This document shows, in pieces, positions 1-13,399 of a stretch of DNA of 64,000 bases. Under the pieces are notes generated by a model. It had not been told where the DNA came from. It was given only the letters and a program-made list of their open reading frames with translations, and did no database searches. The position numbers and the translations under genes were made by a program. The stretch's first letter is position 1. Each line of letters starts with the position of its first letter. Source of the DNA: Mobula hypostoma (lineage: Eukaryota); contig NC_086097.1 of the NCBI RefSeq assembly GCF_963921235.1, positions 69,256,001-69,320,000 of the forward strand. The letters run 5' to 3'.

Positions 1-1224
1 ATAAAAAGGACAGTTCTTAATGAAATTAATGAGTGCCAGAGTGGATTTATACCGGGTAAGGGTACCCGTGAAGGGATTTTTAATTTACAAATGATTGTGG
101 AACGAGGTCTAGAAAAAAAAGACATTTACATGTGCTTTCTGGATTACGAAAAAGCTTTTGACCAAGTCGATCATGAACAGCTGGTCAATTTCCTGAACTC
201 ACTGGGGCTGGATGGGAAAGGTGTTTGACTGATTGCGAGTCTGTACTGGCATCAGAAGGCAGTAATAAGAACTAGTGGTGGGAATTCACCAGAAGTTGAG
301 ATCCAAAAAGGGGTTCACCAGGGATGATTATCTCGCCTTTATTATTTAACATTTACTCAGAGGTAATCTTCAGGGTGTTGAACGATGAAGCTGGTGTCCA
401 AATTGGTGGAGTGACGGTGAACAACGTGAGGTATGCAAATGATTCAGTGTTGTTAGCCGAGACTGAGGACGAGTTACTCAGAATAGTAGATAAGATAAAT
501 GCTGAAGGTGAACGATTTGGTATGAAATTAAATACTGCAAAGACGAAGATGATGGTAGTATCACGAAGAAAGAAGTCCCCAAAATCAGTATCAAAATTAA
601 CAGCGTAGGCATAGAGCAAGTCAAGAAGTTTGTGTACTTGGGACAGATGATCACAGAGGATGGGAAATGTGATATAGAAATTAGACGAAGAATTGAGATT
701 GCAAGATCAACGTTCTGGAGCCTGAGTGACGTGCTGTGTGGCAAGAGGTTGGACTTTGGGCTGCGTTGTAGAATTTGGAAATGCTACATCTGGAGCAGTC
801 TGTTGTATGGAGTCGAATCGTGGACCTTATGCAAGGAGACGCAACGACGACTGGAGGCATTTGAAATGTGGTGTTTAAGGAGAATGCAGAAAATTAGATG
901 GGTGATGAAGGTCAGTAATATGGAAGTGTTGAAGAGAGCGAGGACAGAAAAGGAATTGCTGAAGAATGTGTAGAAAAGGAAGCTGGAATATGCTGGGCAC
1001 TTGTTAAGAGGTGGTGGACTGCAGAAGTTGTAATTGGAAGGGATGATAGAAGGAAAGAGGGAAAGAGGAAGGCAGCGAACCACTTGGTACGATAACGTGA
1101 GGCAATGGACTGGGTTGAGTTATGCTGAGGCCAGAAAAAGAGCACAAGATCAAAGAAGATGGAGGTGTATAGCTGCCAACCCCGGATTCGGGACGGCACC
1201 CACCGACTGACTGACTGACTGACT
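1..1224 (+). mobile_element. RTE-clade LINE, 3' part of RT ORF (frameshifted), runs off the window's left edge
   Basis: ORFs 324-608 and 632-973 give SPLLFNIYSE, VRYAND (YADD-like), YLGQMITEDG...EIRRRI and LLYGVESWTL; 3' (GACT)5 tail at 1205-1224. Confidence 0.9.
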
Positions 1225-1830
1225 CCATTCATTAAAGAAGCATAGAAGTGCTGGTGGGACATTGGAGCTTGCAAGCACTGAGAGACAGAAAAGGGCACAC
1301 ATTCTGGATGCATTCAGGTTAATTTTCAGGTTCCCCTTTTACTCGGAGAAATTGAGATAAATGAGAACTGGAGTCCCTAATTTAAATCCGGAAGGAAAAG
1401 CTTTGGGTTGTGGAAATATGAGGAAAGATCAGAGTTACAGAAAGTGGAATTTGAGATTATTCAGGGGGAAAATATGATAACATCAATGCACCATAAGTGT
1501 ATTTCAGAGTGTGGGTTTTCAGAGAAGTAGATTCCCGAGTCATAGACTTAAGGAGGAGCGACAGGAAGTGAGTATCTATGTACAAATGAAGCCCCGCTGA
1601 TAAAAATATGACCTTCAATTCAACTATTTGTGCAATTTCCAAACATTGCGTTTTCAGGCTGACAGCCAGAATGATGGCTTGGAACCTCCTGCTTTTATAA
1701 GTACATTTTGTACTGACTCATTTGTTGACCTTAATGTCAGATAAAATTGGCAAATGCACTGTTAAAACTTTCTCCTAAGATTAACTTGCAATCTATAATA
1801 GATTTTTGTTAAAGATGATTCAAAACATAT

Positions 1831-2042
1831 ACACAAGGAATTCTGCAGATGCTGGAAATTCAAGCAACACACATCAAAGTTGCTGGTGAACGCAGCAGAC
1901 CAGGCAGCATCTCTAGGAAGAGGTACAGTCGACGTTTTGGGCCAAGACCCTTCATCAGGACGAAGGGTCTCGGCCTGAAACGTCGACTGTACCTCTTCTT
2001 AGAGATGCTGCCTGGCCTGCTGCGTTCACCAGCAACTTTGAT
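1831..2042. mobile_element. Palindromic mini-element derived from a Penelope-like terminus, carrying a hammerhead motif
   Basis: Inverted arms 1873-1956 and 1959-2042 (about 6 mismatches, 2-nt spacer); flanking direct repeat TGATTCAAAAC(A/C)TAT at 1816-1830 and 2039-2053; sequence matches the ends of the PLE at 37916-40342. Confidence 0.85.
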
Positions 2043-3697
2043 TCAAAACCTATGTTACCTGCAAAATATTTATTTGTTTTTCCAATTAGATATTTCTCCA
2101 CAGACGCTGTCGGATCTGAGTATTTCCTCAGAGGTGCCATTCCAAATGCTATTCCAGAGTGCTGTTTTATTTTACCCCCATGGTGAATTCTTTGGAACTC
2201 TGACAATTGTCAGAAATCTGGCACTTAGTTTGTTCTGTTTTACTCAAAAGTGTTTTCTGTTGTGGATATGGGTTTCCCAGTGGGAGATGCACGAAAGCTA
2301 TAAAAGGGGAAAGGAGGAAAAAATGTTTAAAGGAAACTAATCAATAGGCAAGCAATGAGGTTGAGAAGATCTGTCAGTTAAAATGGAATGAAGCACTAAA
2401 ACAACTGTCCTTTGAAGCCATACCAGTCTCAAACCATTCTGCTATTCTTCAGTTGGATCTTCTGATTCATTTGTTAGAATGTATATTATGTCTTTCAGGG
2501 GCATTAAACACCAGAAGAATCACCCAAACAAACATCCTTGGGAGGTCTTCACTCAGTTTATTTTGTGGCATCTTTTATATTTGAATGACAATCCCATTAC
2601 ACTTACTGAGCAGGTTCTTTCTCATCAGCTCAGAATGCTCCCTTTTCCCCCCCCATCGTCCCATTACAATTCCTACCCCTTACATTATTCCATGCCCAGA
2701 TCTCCTCTTACCACTGCACCCTCAGACAAGCAAAGCTGCTCCTGATAAGTGTTAGCGAAAAGTGCTGCGCTTTTAATCTTCCATATATTCTTCCAGTTCT
2801 ATCAAAGATCGATGTTAGGCATTTAACATTTCCCCTTCCCTTTTCCCAATGGTCCTTGAACCACTTTGGTGTTTAAAAAGTCCGTTGCCAATATGTGACA
2901 ACTTAATCTTGAGTGCCTTGGCATCCACCACAAGTACCTTTGCCTGGCAAAGAAACTTATCGGTCTTAGTTGTGAAAGGTTCAATTGCTGTAGCTGCAAC
3001 AGCTTTTGGAAGGAAAAGAGTTCCTTATTTCCAGAATCTTTTGTATGAAGTGCTTCATGAAATAACCAAGATTTGCCATATTGCCTTGATGAAATGGCCT
3101 TTGCTTGCTCTTAAATTTTAACCTGATAATTCCAATTTGATTTATTTTTTTTTAAATAATTAAAAATGCCTCGCTGCTTGGCATATTTACCTGCCTTTCT
3201 GTTCTTGCTAGAAATTAGAATCTTTGCCTTGCATATCTTGGTGGATAGCATTGATCTACACTGCCACCAAAATGAATATGAAATGAAAAATTCTTCCAGG
3301 ATTTTTTCTTTTTCTTTCCTCTTTGATTCACGTAACTAAAATTTAAAGAATGTGGCTATGGGGTATGTTGTCAGAACACACATTTTAGTGTAACCCAGAT
3401 ATACACAAACCAGAAAAAAGTCATTTTCCTTGATTACATTGTTTTTATTGTCTTTTTGCAATTATCTTAGGTAGAAGGTAACTAACATTGGTCTTGTATA
3501 AATGGTCAGCAATCATAATATTACACTGTGAACTGACATCTGTAGTATGTATATGAACAGTTAGATATAGAAATCATTAAGTGTTTCAGGGAAGGCTGCA
3601 TCTTGCACCTTTCTCCAGCTTAATACTGTCAGTGATGAGAAGTTCAAGTGCTTCCAACTATTATACCTGTAAAATGTACCAGCTTTTATTCCAGGCC

Positions 3698-5413
3698 CTG
3701 ACACCCTATACACCCCTTATGGTGTAGGGGGTGTCAGGGAGGGGTAGCACTTCTGGTGAGGGAACATGTCGCGTCCTTTTCAAGGCGGTTAGTCCACCTT
3801 TGGTCCCCACCTGGCACCCAGCTCTCACCTGTGGCTCCCTGTAGCTGCTTGCATGCGACAGTGGCCATACCCCGGGCAACGGCTTCGACAAGCCAGCTAA
3901 ACCAGGTGCGGGTAGCCGACGGGTCTCAAACCCTCGATGAGATAGGGAGTTGTCTATCCCAGCATGTGAAGACAGACTCCGGCTGATTGAGTGGATGAGA
4001 CCAATGGTAGATCCAACGGTAAAGAAGGCGGTCTCTGCAAGCATTGTGGAAGCTCCAGAACCTGGGCCTTAGCACTCAGATCTGCAACTGGATCTTCAGC
4101 TTCCTCACAGACAGGACCCAGGCTGTAAAAATAGGGGACAAGCTCTCCTCTACAATCACTCTGAGCACCGGTGCCCCACAAGGCTGTGTACTCAGCTGCC
4201 TGCTGTACTCACTGTACACCCACGATTGTGTAGCCAAGTTTCCATCAAACTCAATACTGCGTATAAGCTTGCTGATGACACAACAATTGTAGGCCGTACC
4301 TCAGGTAATGATCAGTTTGAGTACAGAGAGGAAATTAAGAACCTGGTGGCATGGTGCGAAGACAATAACCTATCCCTCAACGTCAGCAAGACAAAGGAAT
4401 TGGTTGTTGACTTAAAAAGGAGTAGCGGACCGCACGACCCAATTTACATCAGTGATGTGCAAGTGGAACAGGTCAAAAGCTTTAAGTTCCTCGGGGTCAA
4501 TATCACAAATGACCTGACTTGGTCCAACCAAGCAGAGTTCACTGCCAAGAAGGCCCAACAGCGCCTTTACTTCCTGAGAAAGCTGAAGAAATTTGGCCTG
4601 TCCTCTAAAACCCTCACTAATTTTTATAGATGTACAGTAGAAAGCATTCTTCTAGGGTGCATCACAACCTGGTATGGAAGTTGTCTTGTCCAAGACCGAA
4701 AGAAGCTGCAGAAGATCGTGAATACAGCCCAGCACATCACACAAACCAATCTTCCATCCGTGGACTCGCTTTGTACCCCACGCTGTCGGAGTAGTGCTGC
4801 CAGGATAATCAAGGACACGACCCACCCAGCCAACACACTTTTCGTCCCTCTTCCCTCCGGAAGAAGGCTCAGGAGCTTGAAGACTCGTATGGCCAGATTT
4901 GGGAACAGTTTCTTTCCAACTGTGATAAGACTGCTGAACGGATCCTGACCCGGATCTGGGCCGTACCCTCCAAATATCCGGACCTGCCTCTTGGTTTTTT
5001 TTTGTGCTACCTTACTTTCCATTTTTCTATTTTCTATTTATGATTTATAATTTAAAATTTAATATTTACTAATTTTTACTATTTTTAATATTTGTAATCC
5101 AGGGAGTGGGAAGGGCAGAATCAAATATCGCTGTGATGATTGTACATTCCAGTACCAATTGTTTGGCGACAATAAAGTATAAAGTGTAGAGCAGGACAAG
5201 ACACAGAAGACGATATGGTCATCCACTGCGCCTAGTCCCATCTCCAGCCGTCTCGACTCTGTCTTGCCGCTGGATCCAGATGGGAATTGGGGAGAGAGAG
5301 TGAGGCTGACGCTGCGCAACTCTCCCTCACTTAAATCCAAATCACGCGCTAGTCTCGACACCATCATAATGGCGTCGAGGTCCTAATCGACGTCGACGAT
5401 GGAGGAACACACC
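3698..5413 (+). mobile_element. Short non-autonomous element resembling an RTE-type 5' UTR, interrupted by a LINE at 4050-5185
   Basis: Direct repeat ATTCCAGGCC at 3688-3697 and 5414-5423; GC-rich non-coding body continues on both sides of the insert. The RTE family assignment is from recalled 5' UTR motifs. Confidence 0.55.
4050..5185 (+). mobile_element. Rex1/Babar-type LINE, 5'-truncated RT C-terminal part
   Basis: [38 protein letters not shown] and PLPSGRR motifs; AATAAA plus TAAAGTA tail; near-identical to 25920-27076. Confidence 0.9.
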
Positions 5414-5560
5414 ATTCCAGGCCTGCTCATAGACTGGTTGGACATTACAATGAAACATCTTCACCACCCCCTTCCCCTACTTTGACACCCAACAGCCCTG
5501 AGAAAGGGTAAAAATGTTTACAAGATAAAATATTTGAGAAAATTTTTGACTTGTGGAACA

Positions 5561-5760
5561 GGGTGGCATAGTGAAGCAACCAGTAGCGATTGGATGCCTT
5601 ACAGCACCAGAGACACAGCTTCAATCCTCATTTCTGACCTCGTGTAGGTGAGTGTGTGGGTAGGGACTGGTGATGAGAGTGTGTGGTGAATTAAAAGGAG
5701 AATTTATATAGGCCAAGTCTAAATGGACAGCTGAAGGGCCTTTTTTCATATTGTATCTCT
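5561..5760 (+). mobile_element. Degenerate tRNA-derived SINE remnant (HE1/V-SINE-like)
   Basis: GGTGGCATAGTG A-box-like start, TTCAATCC B-box-like motif and a 3' GCTGAAGGGCC segment similar to the other SINE copies. Confidence 0.4.
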
Positions 5761-5925
5761 GATTGTACGTTCTTGGGCATGGCAATTGACTTTATATGGG
5801 CCAAATCCTGGCTATACAGAGCCTCGAATTTTATATGATAGATTACTTACCTCAATGACAATCCTAAATGCTTATTATTTGTGTAATAAGTCCCTGGAAC
5901 ACGCTATGAGAAGAAACTCCATTTT

Positions 5926-8275
5926 TCAGGATCAGAATCAGGTTTATTTTCACCAGCATGTAATGTGAAATTTGTTAACTTAGCAGCAGCAGTTCAATGC
6001 AATACATAATATAGAAGAAAAAAATCAAATAGTAATAATAAGTAAATCTTATTCAGTATACTTTGTACAGTATACGTATATTGAATAGATTAAAAATTGT
6101 GCAAAAAAACAGAAATACTATATATTTTAAAAAAGTGAGATAGTGACCAAAGCTTTAATGTCCATTTAGGAATCAGTTGGCAGAGGGGAAAAAGCTGTTC
6201 CTGAATCACTGAGTGTGTGCCTTAAGGCTTCTGTACCTCCTACCTGATGGTAATAGTGAGAAAAGGACATGCCCTGGGTGCTGGAGGTCCTTAATAATGG
6301 ACACTGCCTTTCTGAGACACCGCTCCCTGAAGATGTCCTGGGTACTTTGTAGGCTAGTACCCAAGATGGAGCTGACTAGATTTACAATCCTCTGCAGCTT
6401 CTTTCAGTCCTGTGCAGTAGCACCCCCGCCCCAATACCAGACAGGGATGCAGCCTGTCATAATGTTCTCCATGGTACATCTATAGAAGTTTTTGAGTGAA
6501 TTTGTTGCAATACCAAATCATTTCAAAATCCTAATAAAGTATAACTGCTGTCTTGCCTTATTAGCTGCATCAATATGTTGGGATAAGGTTAGATCCTCAG
6601 AGATCTTGACACCTAGGAACTTAAAACTGCTCACTCTCTCCAATTCTCTGAGGATTGGTATGTATTCCTTCATCTTGCCCTTCCGGAAGTCCAAAATCAG
6701 TTCTTTTGTCGCACTGAGGTTGAGTGCCAGGTTGTTGCTGTGGTACCACTCCACTAGTTGGCATATCTCACTCCTGTACGCCCTCTCGTCACCACCTGAG
6801 ATTCTACCAACAATGGTTGTACCATCAGCAAATTTATAGATTGTATTTGAGCTATGTCTAGTCACGCAGTCATGGGTATATAGAGAGTAGAGCAGTGGGC
6901 TAAGCACACACCCCTGAGGTGCACCAGTGTTGATCATCAGCAAGGAGGAGATCTTATCACCAATCTGCACAGATTGTGGTCTTCTGGTTAGGAAGTAGAG
7001 GATCCAATTGCAGAGGGAGGTACAGAGGCCCAGGTTCTGCGACTTCTGAATCAGGATTGTGGGAATGATGGTATTAAATGCTGAGCTATAGTCAATGAAC
7101 AGCATCCTGATGTAGGTGTTTGTGTTTTCTGGTTGTCTAATGCCGTATGGAGAGCCATTGAGATTACATCTGCCATTGACCTATTGTGGCAAAAGGCATG
7201 CAATGGGTCCAGGTCCTTGCTGAGGCAGGATTTCAATCTAGTCATGAACAACCTCTCAAAGCATTTCGTTACTGTTGATGTGAGTACTACCGGGCAATAG
7301 TCATTAAAGCAACTCACGTTATTCTTCTTAGGCACTGGTATAATTGTTGCTTTGTTGAAGCAAGTGGGAACTTCCACCCGTAGCAGTGAGAGGTTGAAAA
7401 TGTCCTTGAATACTCCTGCCAGGCAGTTGGCACAGGTTTTCAGGTTGCCAGGTACTCCATCTGGACCTCCCGCCTTGTGAGGGTTCACTCTCTTTAAAGA
7501 CAGCCTAACATCGGCCTCTGAGACAGAAATCACAGGGTCATCAGGTGCAGCAGGGATCTTCACAGCTGTTGTTGTATCCTCCTGTTCAAAGAGGGCGTAG
7601 AAGGCGTTGAGTTCATCTGGTAGTGAAGCATCACTGCCATTCATGCTATTGGTTTCACTTTGTAGGACGTAATGTCTTGCAAACCCCGCCAGAGTTGTTG
7701 TACATCCAATGTCGCCTCCAACCTCGTTAGAAATTGTCTCTTCGCCCTTGAACTAGCCCTCTGCAAGTCATACCTGTTTTTCTGGTACAGGCCTGGGTCG
7801 CCAGACTTGGAATACCACAGATCTAGCCTTCAGCAGACAACGTACCCCCTGGTTCATCTACAGCTTTTGGTTTGGGAATGTACAGTAAGTCTTTGTCAGC
7901 ACACACTCATCCACACAGGTTTTAATGAAGTCGGTAACAGCTGCAGCATACTCATCCAGGTTCGAAGATGAATCCCTGAATACAGTCCAGTCCACCGACT
8001 CAAAACAGTCCTGTCGGCGCTCCTGTGCTTCCCTTGTCCATACCTTCTTGGTCCTCACTACTGGTGCTGCAGTCTTCAGTCTCTGCCTATACTCAGGGAG
8101 TAGAAGTACAGCCAGATGATCAGTCTTCCCAAAGTGAGAGCGTGGAATAGTACGGTAGGCATTCTTGATGGTGGTGTAGCAATGGTCCAGTGTGTTGTTT
8201 CCTCTGGTATTGCAAGTGATCTGTTGATGGTAGTTGCTTAGTGATTTTTTTTTCAGACTGGTCTTGACTACAGAC
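5926..8275 (-). mobile_element. Rex1/Babar-type LINE (APE C-terminus plus RT), frameshifted
   Basis: Minus ORFs 7858-8304 (TLDHCYT...KTDH), 7051-7644 (KAGGPDG...KCFERL) and 6518-7105 ([26 protein letters not shown]); (CTGATT)n tail at the left end. Confidence 0.9.
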
Positions 8276-11200
8276 AAATTGTGTATTTTGTCTTGTTCCA
8301 ACATGCATGTTGTGTTTATTCATCTTAAGTAGAAAAGTATACATATTTTAGGAACCCTATCAGAGAGAATAATGTTATGGCATTTATGCAAATAAGATGA
8401 TAAGTATAAAATATTGATTGATTTTTGTAAATATAACTAAAATACATGTAGTTTTTACTAAACCTGCATCAAAGTAAAGCTGAGCATATCAAAAATTATA
8501 TTTCGTGACTGGTCAGTCTTGAATCTCATTTAGAGCAGTTTCACTTTAGGTACCCGATCAGTACTTTCCAATAGAGGGAAACTAGTAGTTTTTGGGAGTG
8601 TAAATATCTATTGCTGATGACATAATGCAGTAAAAATGTTTCATATTTCCATATGGCTTTTTTGCTTTATTAGTCATAATGGTGAATTAATCCTACACAC
8701 CTTTACCACATGTTTGACATAATTCTAAAAACTAAATCTTCAGATTTTTTCCCCAAATAATTTGTTAAATTAAAACACTGAAATCTTTATTACAATAATG
8801 ATGAGCATACCGCAGTTCCAGAAATGAACTCAGCACATGGAAGAACATTTCTTCTCTCACCAGTTTTTTTTTTCACTCCCATTCTAAAAGCTGTGAAATA
8901 ACTTGGGCATTCTCCCAGACCTCATTGACAGAGAAACATGTTTCATTTGCTAACTGTCTTGCTGTGATTATAATCATAAACAAGATTATCTTGTAGCCAA
9001 ACACAATGTTTAAAGTGGGAACCGCTCCATAATCTTAAACAGTTTTACTGACAAATATTATTTTTGACAGTAGGGATTTTTTTTAAGAAACCCTGATTTT
9101 CATCTTATTTCTACAGCTTTAGAATTTGAGTTACGGTTCATCAGGTGTTATTACTGATAATTTTTCAATGTAAAATAATGTCAGCAATGGTGTCAAGTAC
9201 AAATACCAAGTTCAAACGAAAGGGCTCCAAGAAGGGATGGAAGGAGAAAGAATGAACATGTCGTACTGGGCTGATGTCCAACATCCACAATCAATTCCAC
9301 ACTACAGTTTAAGAGGGTCTTAAAAGTGTGAAACAATATTAACATTATCTGAAACATGCCAGAGCTGCTGAATATCAATAAAGCATAATTTATTCTCCTA
9401 TTCATCTTATTCATTGATGGTGGATCCTGTTACCTCAGAAAAGTAATTTGACATGATTTACAGGAATCTTCAAGCTATCTTAAGAAGTGTTGACAAAGCT
9501 TTTCTTCTTCACCTCCGTGGCATTAATCTGGCAGAGCAGATAATGTGCATGAATTTTATTACATTAGCAAATCTAACCATTAAACTCTCAAGCAAGTGAG
9601 AGTCTTTAAGCTTTACTACTGATGTATGCTAGGTAAACCCAATGTTGATGTTTTTTTTCATTATTTACTGTACCATTGCAACACATTCAGTACATGCTTT
9701 CAGGGGGAAAAAAACATTTGGTTTGTCAAGTTAGCAGAACTAACATTCGTCTAAATGATAAAAAGAACATGAATGGTTAAATTTTGAAGAGGATTGCAAA
9801 AAAGTGGAGTTGTGTTACCTGAATTTACAAATTTTAAGGATAAACGGAATTAAGTTTTCTGGATATTAAGGGAATTGATGGGGCAGGTAAAGAATCATTT
9901 CCATTGGTTAGCAAGTTGAAAATGAAGGGACAAAGTCCAAGTTAGAACTAGGCCTCTTAGGAGAGGTATTTTAAAAAATACAATTCCCTCTGCAAAAAGT
10001 AGTAAGAATTTATAGCCAAACTGCAATTTATTGTTGAGCAGGGCCATTTAGGAGTTTTAAATCTGAAATTGAGATTTCTGTTAATATTGAGGGAAATGAG
10101 ACAAATCGGGATGGATGAAGCTCTGTCACAAATTATCTATGATTGAGTAGCAGAAGACACTTGAGGAGTTCTCTATTCCTGATCTTGTGCTCTAATTAAG
10201 GTATTTATAATTTCCGGCACAGGACAAGTGAGTGAGTCACTTAACAGGAAATGCTTGTACATACCTGCAGGGTGTGTTCCAACAAGAACAACTTTTCACT
10301 GAATGTTGGTGAAGTAACAACAAATCAAATAAGAGTCAGAGCCAACAAATTCTTATGATTTCTTGCTTAACCTCAACCTCTTGTCTTACCTTGTACATGA
10401 AACCTTGACACTTCACTCTGATATCTCATCTTCAGCAAGAAAAAAAAACTACAAGCAGTTTACTAGCGGTTTCAATTTTGAAAATATTCGAAGTACTCTA
10501 AATAAGCACTTAAGTCTTTCGTTGACCTCTTATTAAAATGTTAATGGAATATACTGAATGTTACAGCATATGTAATGAATAAAATATAGCTTAAGGCAAG
10601 TTTTTTCACTACCTTGTTTAGTAACCATTCCCATTTTAACATGTACAAATAATTCTCCAATGTAACAAGATAATAGAAAATGGTTGTCTGTTTACATAGG
10701 AAACTGTTCTTTTGAAATAAAGACAAATATAGTTCCAGGAACGTTAATGAGATTCCATAAAATTTAAATACTTTTCAATAAATAGTTTTGTGAGCTTCTT
10801 GACTCATAATAGGGTAAATGAATTAAGAAATTAAAATATAAAATGATTTACATTTTTTTTTAACTGAGCTACACTATGACTATCTTAGTCAATCTACATT
10901 ACTCTGTCCAAAGTGCAGCCCAATCAGGGCAGAATCCTTTTTCAGTTATGTCATCTACACTTATTTATGAATCCAATTTAATCTAAACTTTCAACTTGCT
11001 TTGAGTACTGCAGTGTGCTTTTGGTTCATACACATAAATATATATTTTGAAAAGGTATTTTTGATAAATTAAGAAAATTTAAAATAAGTTCCTAAATTAT
11101 TTTTTAAATATCTTGGTTTTGTTTTAACAAATTGTGCTCCAGACGTCAAGCATTGCTATGGGAATCATTCAAAATAGACCATTGCTGTACAAGACACTGC

Positions 11201-11694
11201 TTCTAACATGCACGTTATATTGAGTTATTGGCCTAAGATTTTGTTCATAATCTTCAGGAAGCTCAGGATGTCAAGGCAAGTATGTAGAACTTCTGAGGAG
11301 TACTTGGTTCAGTTTTCTGACTGCATTCCAGCATTGGACATCTTAACACTTCCACTGCAGAATCTGGCTTCTGGGGCTTCGGGCAGGTGCAAATTCAGCA
11401 GCACCATTTTATGGAGGGCAAAAGTAACAAAGGAAAGGGACAGGTTTTAAGTACTGTCATTGACAGTTTCTGAAGGAGTTAACCAAACTTAAATATTTCC
11501 TAATGTGTTTTAGGTTTTGACTTAAGTAATCTTTAAAATTAAAACTAAACTTAATTTTTGATGGTTTACATAATGGAGTAAAGTCATACACACCTTTTTG
11601 CTTAAGAGCTAGTTTAGCTGACTGTTAAGTATTTTTCTACATGGAGCTTGAATTAGACCTGCCACACAATACAGGCTGATAAAGAGTTAATAAG

Positions 11695-12250
11695 ACACAC
11701 AATATTTGCCTTCATTAACCAGGCAGGAAGGTAAAAGTACAACCATGTAAAACATTAGTGAGTCTGCAGCTGGACTAGTGTGTGCAATACTGGTCATCAC
11801 ACTCTAGGAAGTATGTGAGTTCTCAGAAGAGTTTACAGAGGATATTCACCAGGACATTGCCTGGTATGTAGTATTTAAGCAGAAAAGGCAAAGGGGGAAC
11901 TGATTCAAGTATACAAAATTATAAGCATAAATAAGGTAGATAGTGAGAAACTTTTCTCCTCAGCAGGTGTCTGTATCCAGAGGCAAAATTTGGATAATGG
12001 AGGAGATTTTTTAACAGATTTGAGGAAAAATCCCTTCACCCAAAATGTGGTTGAAGTCTGGAACGCACTACCTTAGGGGGAGGTGTATGCAGGTGCTTGC
12101 ATAAAATTTAATAAGTATTTAAAGGTGGTCTTGAATCCCATGGCACAGAAGGCTACTATGTTGTGGAAAATGGGATTAACATAGACAGGGTTTTTGGTGG
12201 TCAGCACACTCACCGTGGGCCAGAGATTGTGCTCTGTAACTATGACTGAA
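11695..12250 (+). mobile_element. Old, degraded CR1 3' fragment
   Basis: Eroded similarity to CR1 RT C-terminal segments seen in younger copies, e.g. CAGCTGGACTAGTGTGTGCAATACTGGTC and GAGGATATTCACCAGG. Confidence 0.55.
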
Positions 12251-13399
12251 TCACTGAAAAAAATTAAAAGTACAACAGAAGGAATTGACATCACCTAAAT
12301 GTACCAAAATACTTTAAAAAAATGTATAAAAATCTTACTGGGCTGTATTTAGATATATTTACCCGTGCCAGTATGTTTTACAGGATGCTTCAGAATGAAT
12401 AATTTTCTTTCTTACTAGCTATATTTATGTTTAATTTGGAATGTTATTAATTAAACGGAGGCCCAGAAATGCATCAGTCCACAGCAGTTCAGGGTACTAA
12501 TGACTGTTTTGATTGTGGACACATCTTTTAAATTCAGTATTACTTAAGGGTCCATGTCATCAGGCTTTTTTGAAGGCAAAGCCTATCATTCATGCAGTGC
12601 AAGAGTGCAGGGCACACATAGGAAAACAAGTACCGCTGGGACAAAGGCTGAAGCTGGAAGTTTGAGAAAAAGGGGCAAGGATTGTTTCATGTCTGCAGGA
12701 TCAGGATGAAGGTCAGATGTTGGCCTATGACTGGCTGCAGTGGGGAAGTCAGAAAGTTGAAGTGCTGAGGAGATACGGTTAATGGGTGATGGTGGCTAAC
12801 ATTTCAGATGATTGGATTGGAGACTATAGGTTGTGGAGAGATTACTGAGTGATGGTTGAGCAAGTCTCACCTGGGAATCTTTCCTGTCAGGAGATGAATT
12901 GAAACTAAAGGAGGGTTAGTTGTAAATAACTTAAAAGGAATCTATCTTAGTCAGGTCCAGGTCTGTTATGGAAATTTCCTTTTAAATGGCACTGTTGCAA
13001 ACCAAACAGTGCCCTTAATCTCTAGTTGGAATGAGGGTGCAAGGGGAATGATGTTCCTTTGAATATTGGCAAACAGTTGCATCAGTGCAACTCATGAAAG
13101 CAGGTCGGCAGTTGATTATCCAGAGCAGTAAAATTTGACCTGGTGTGGTGACAGAGTAATTAGTGCTTCTGTCGTACAGCTCCAGGAACTTGGGTGTAAT
13201 TCCACTCCGAGCTGCCATCAATACAGGGTGTGTTCATATTCTTTCCATCACTTCATGAGTTTCCACTCCAGACCTTATCATATACTTGGCCTAAACATGA
13301 CCAAGAAGCTGGATTTCATTAATGAGATGGAGTTACTGGTCTTGAGATAAATGTAGCATTTGACCATGTTTCATCAAGGTTACAGCACTGGTACACCCA

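Noticed and set aside
9193..11450. Short ORFs 9193-9414, 10541-10726 and 11208-11450 as host exons
   Set aside because: No recognisable domain or consistent splice and frame structure.
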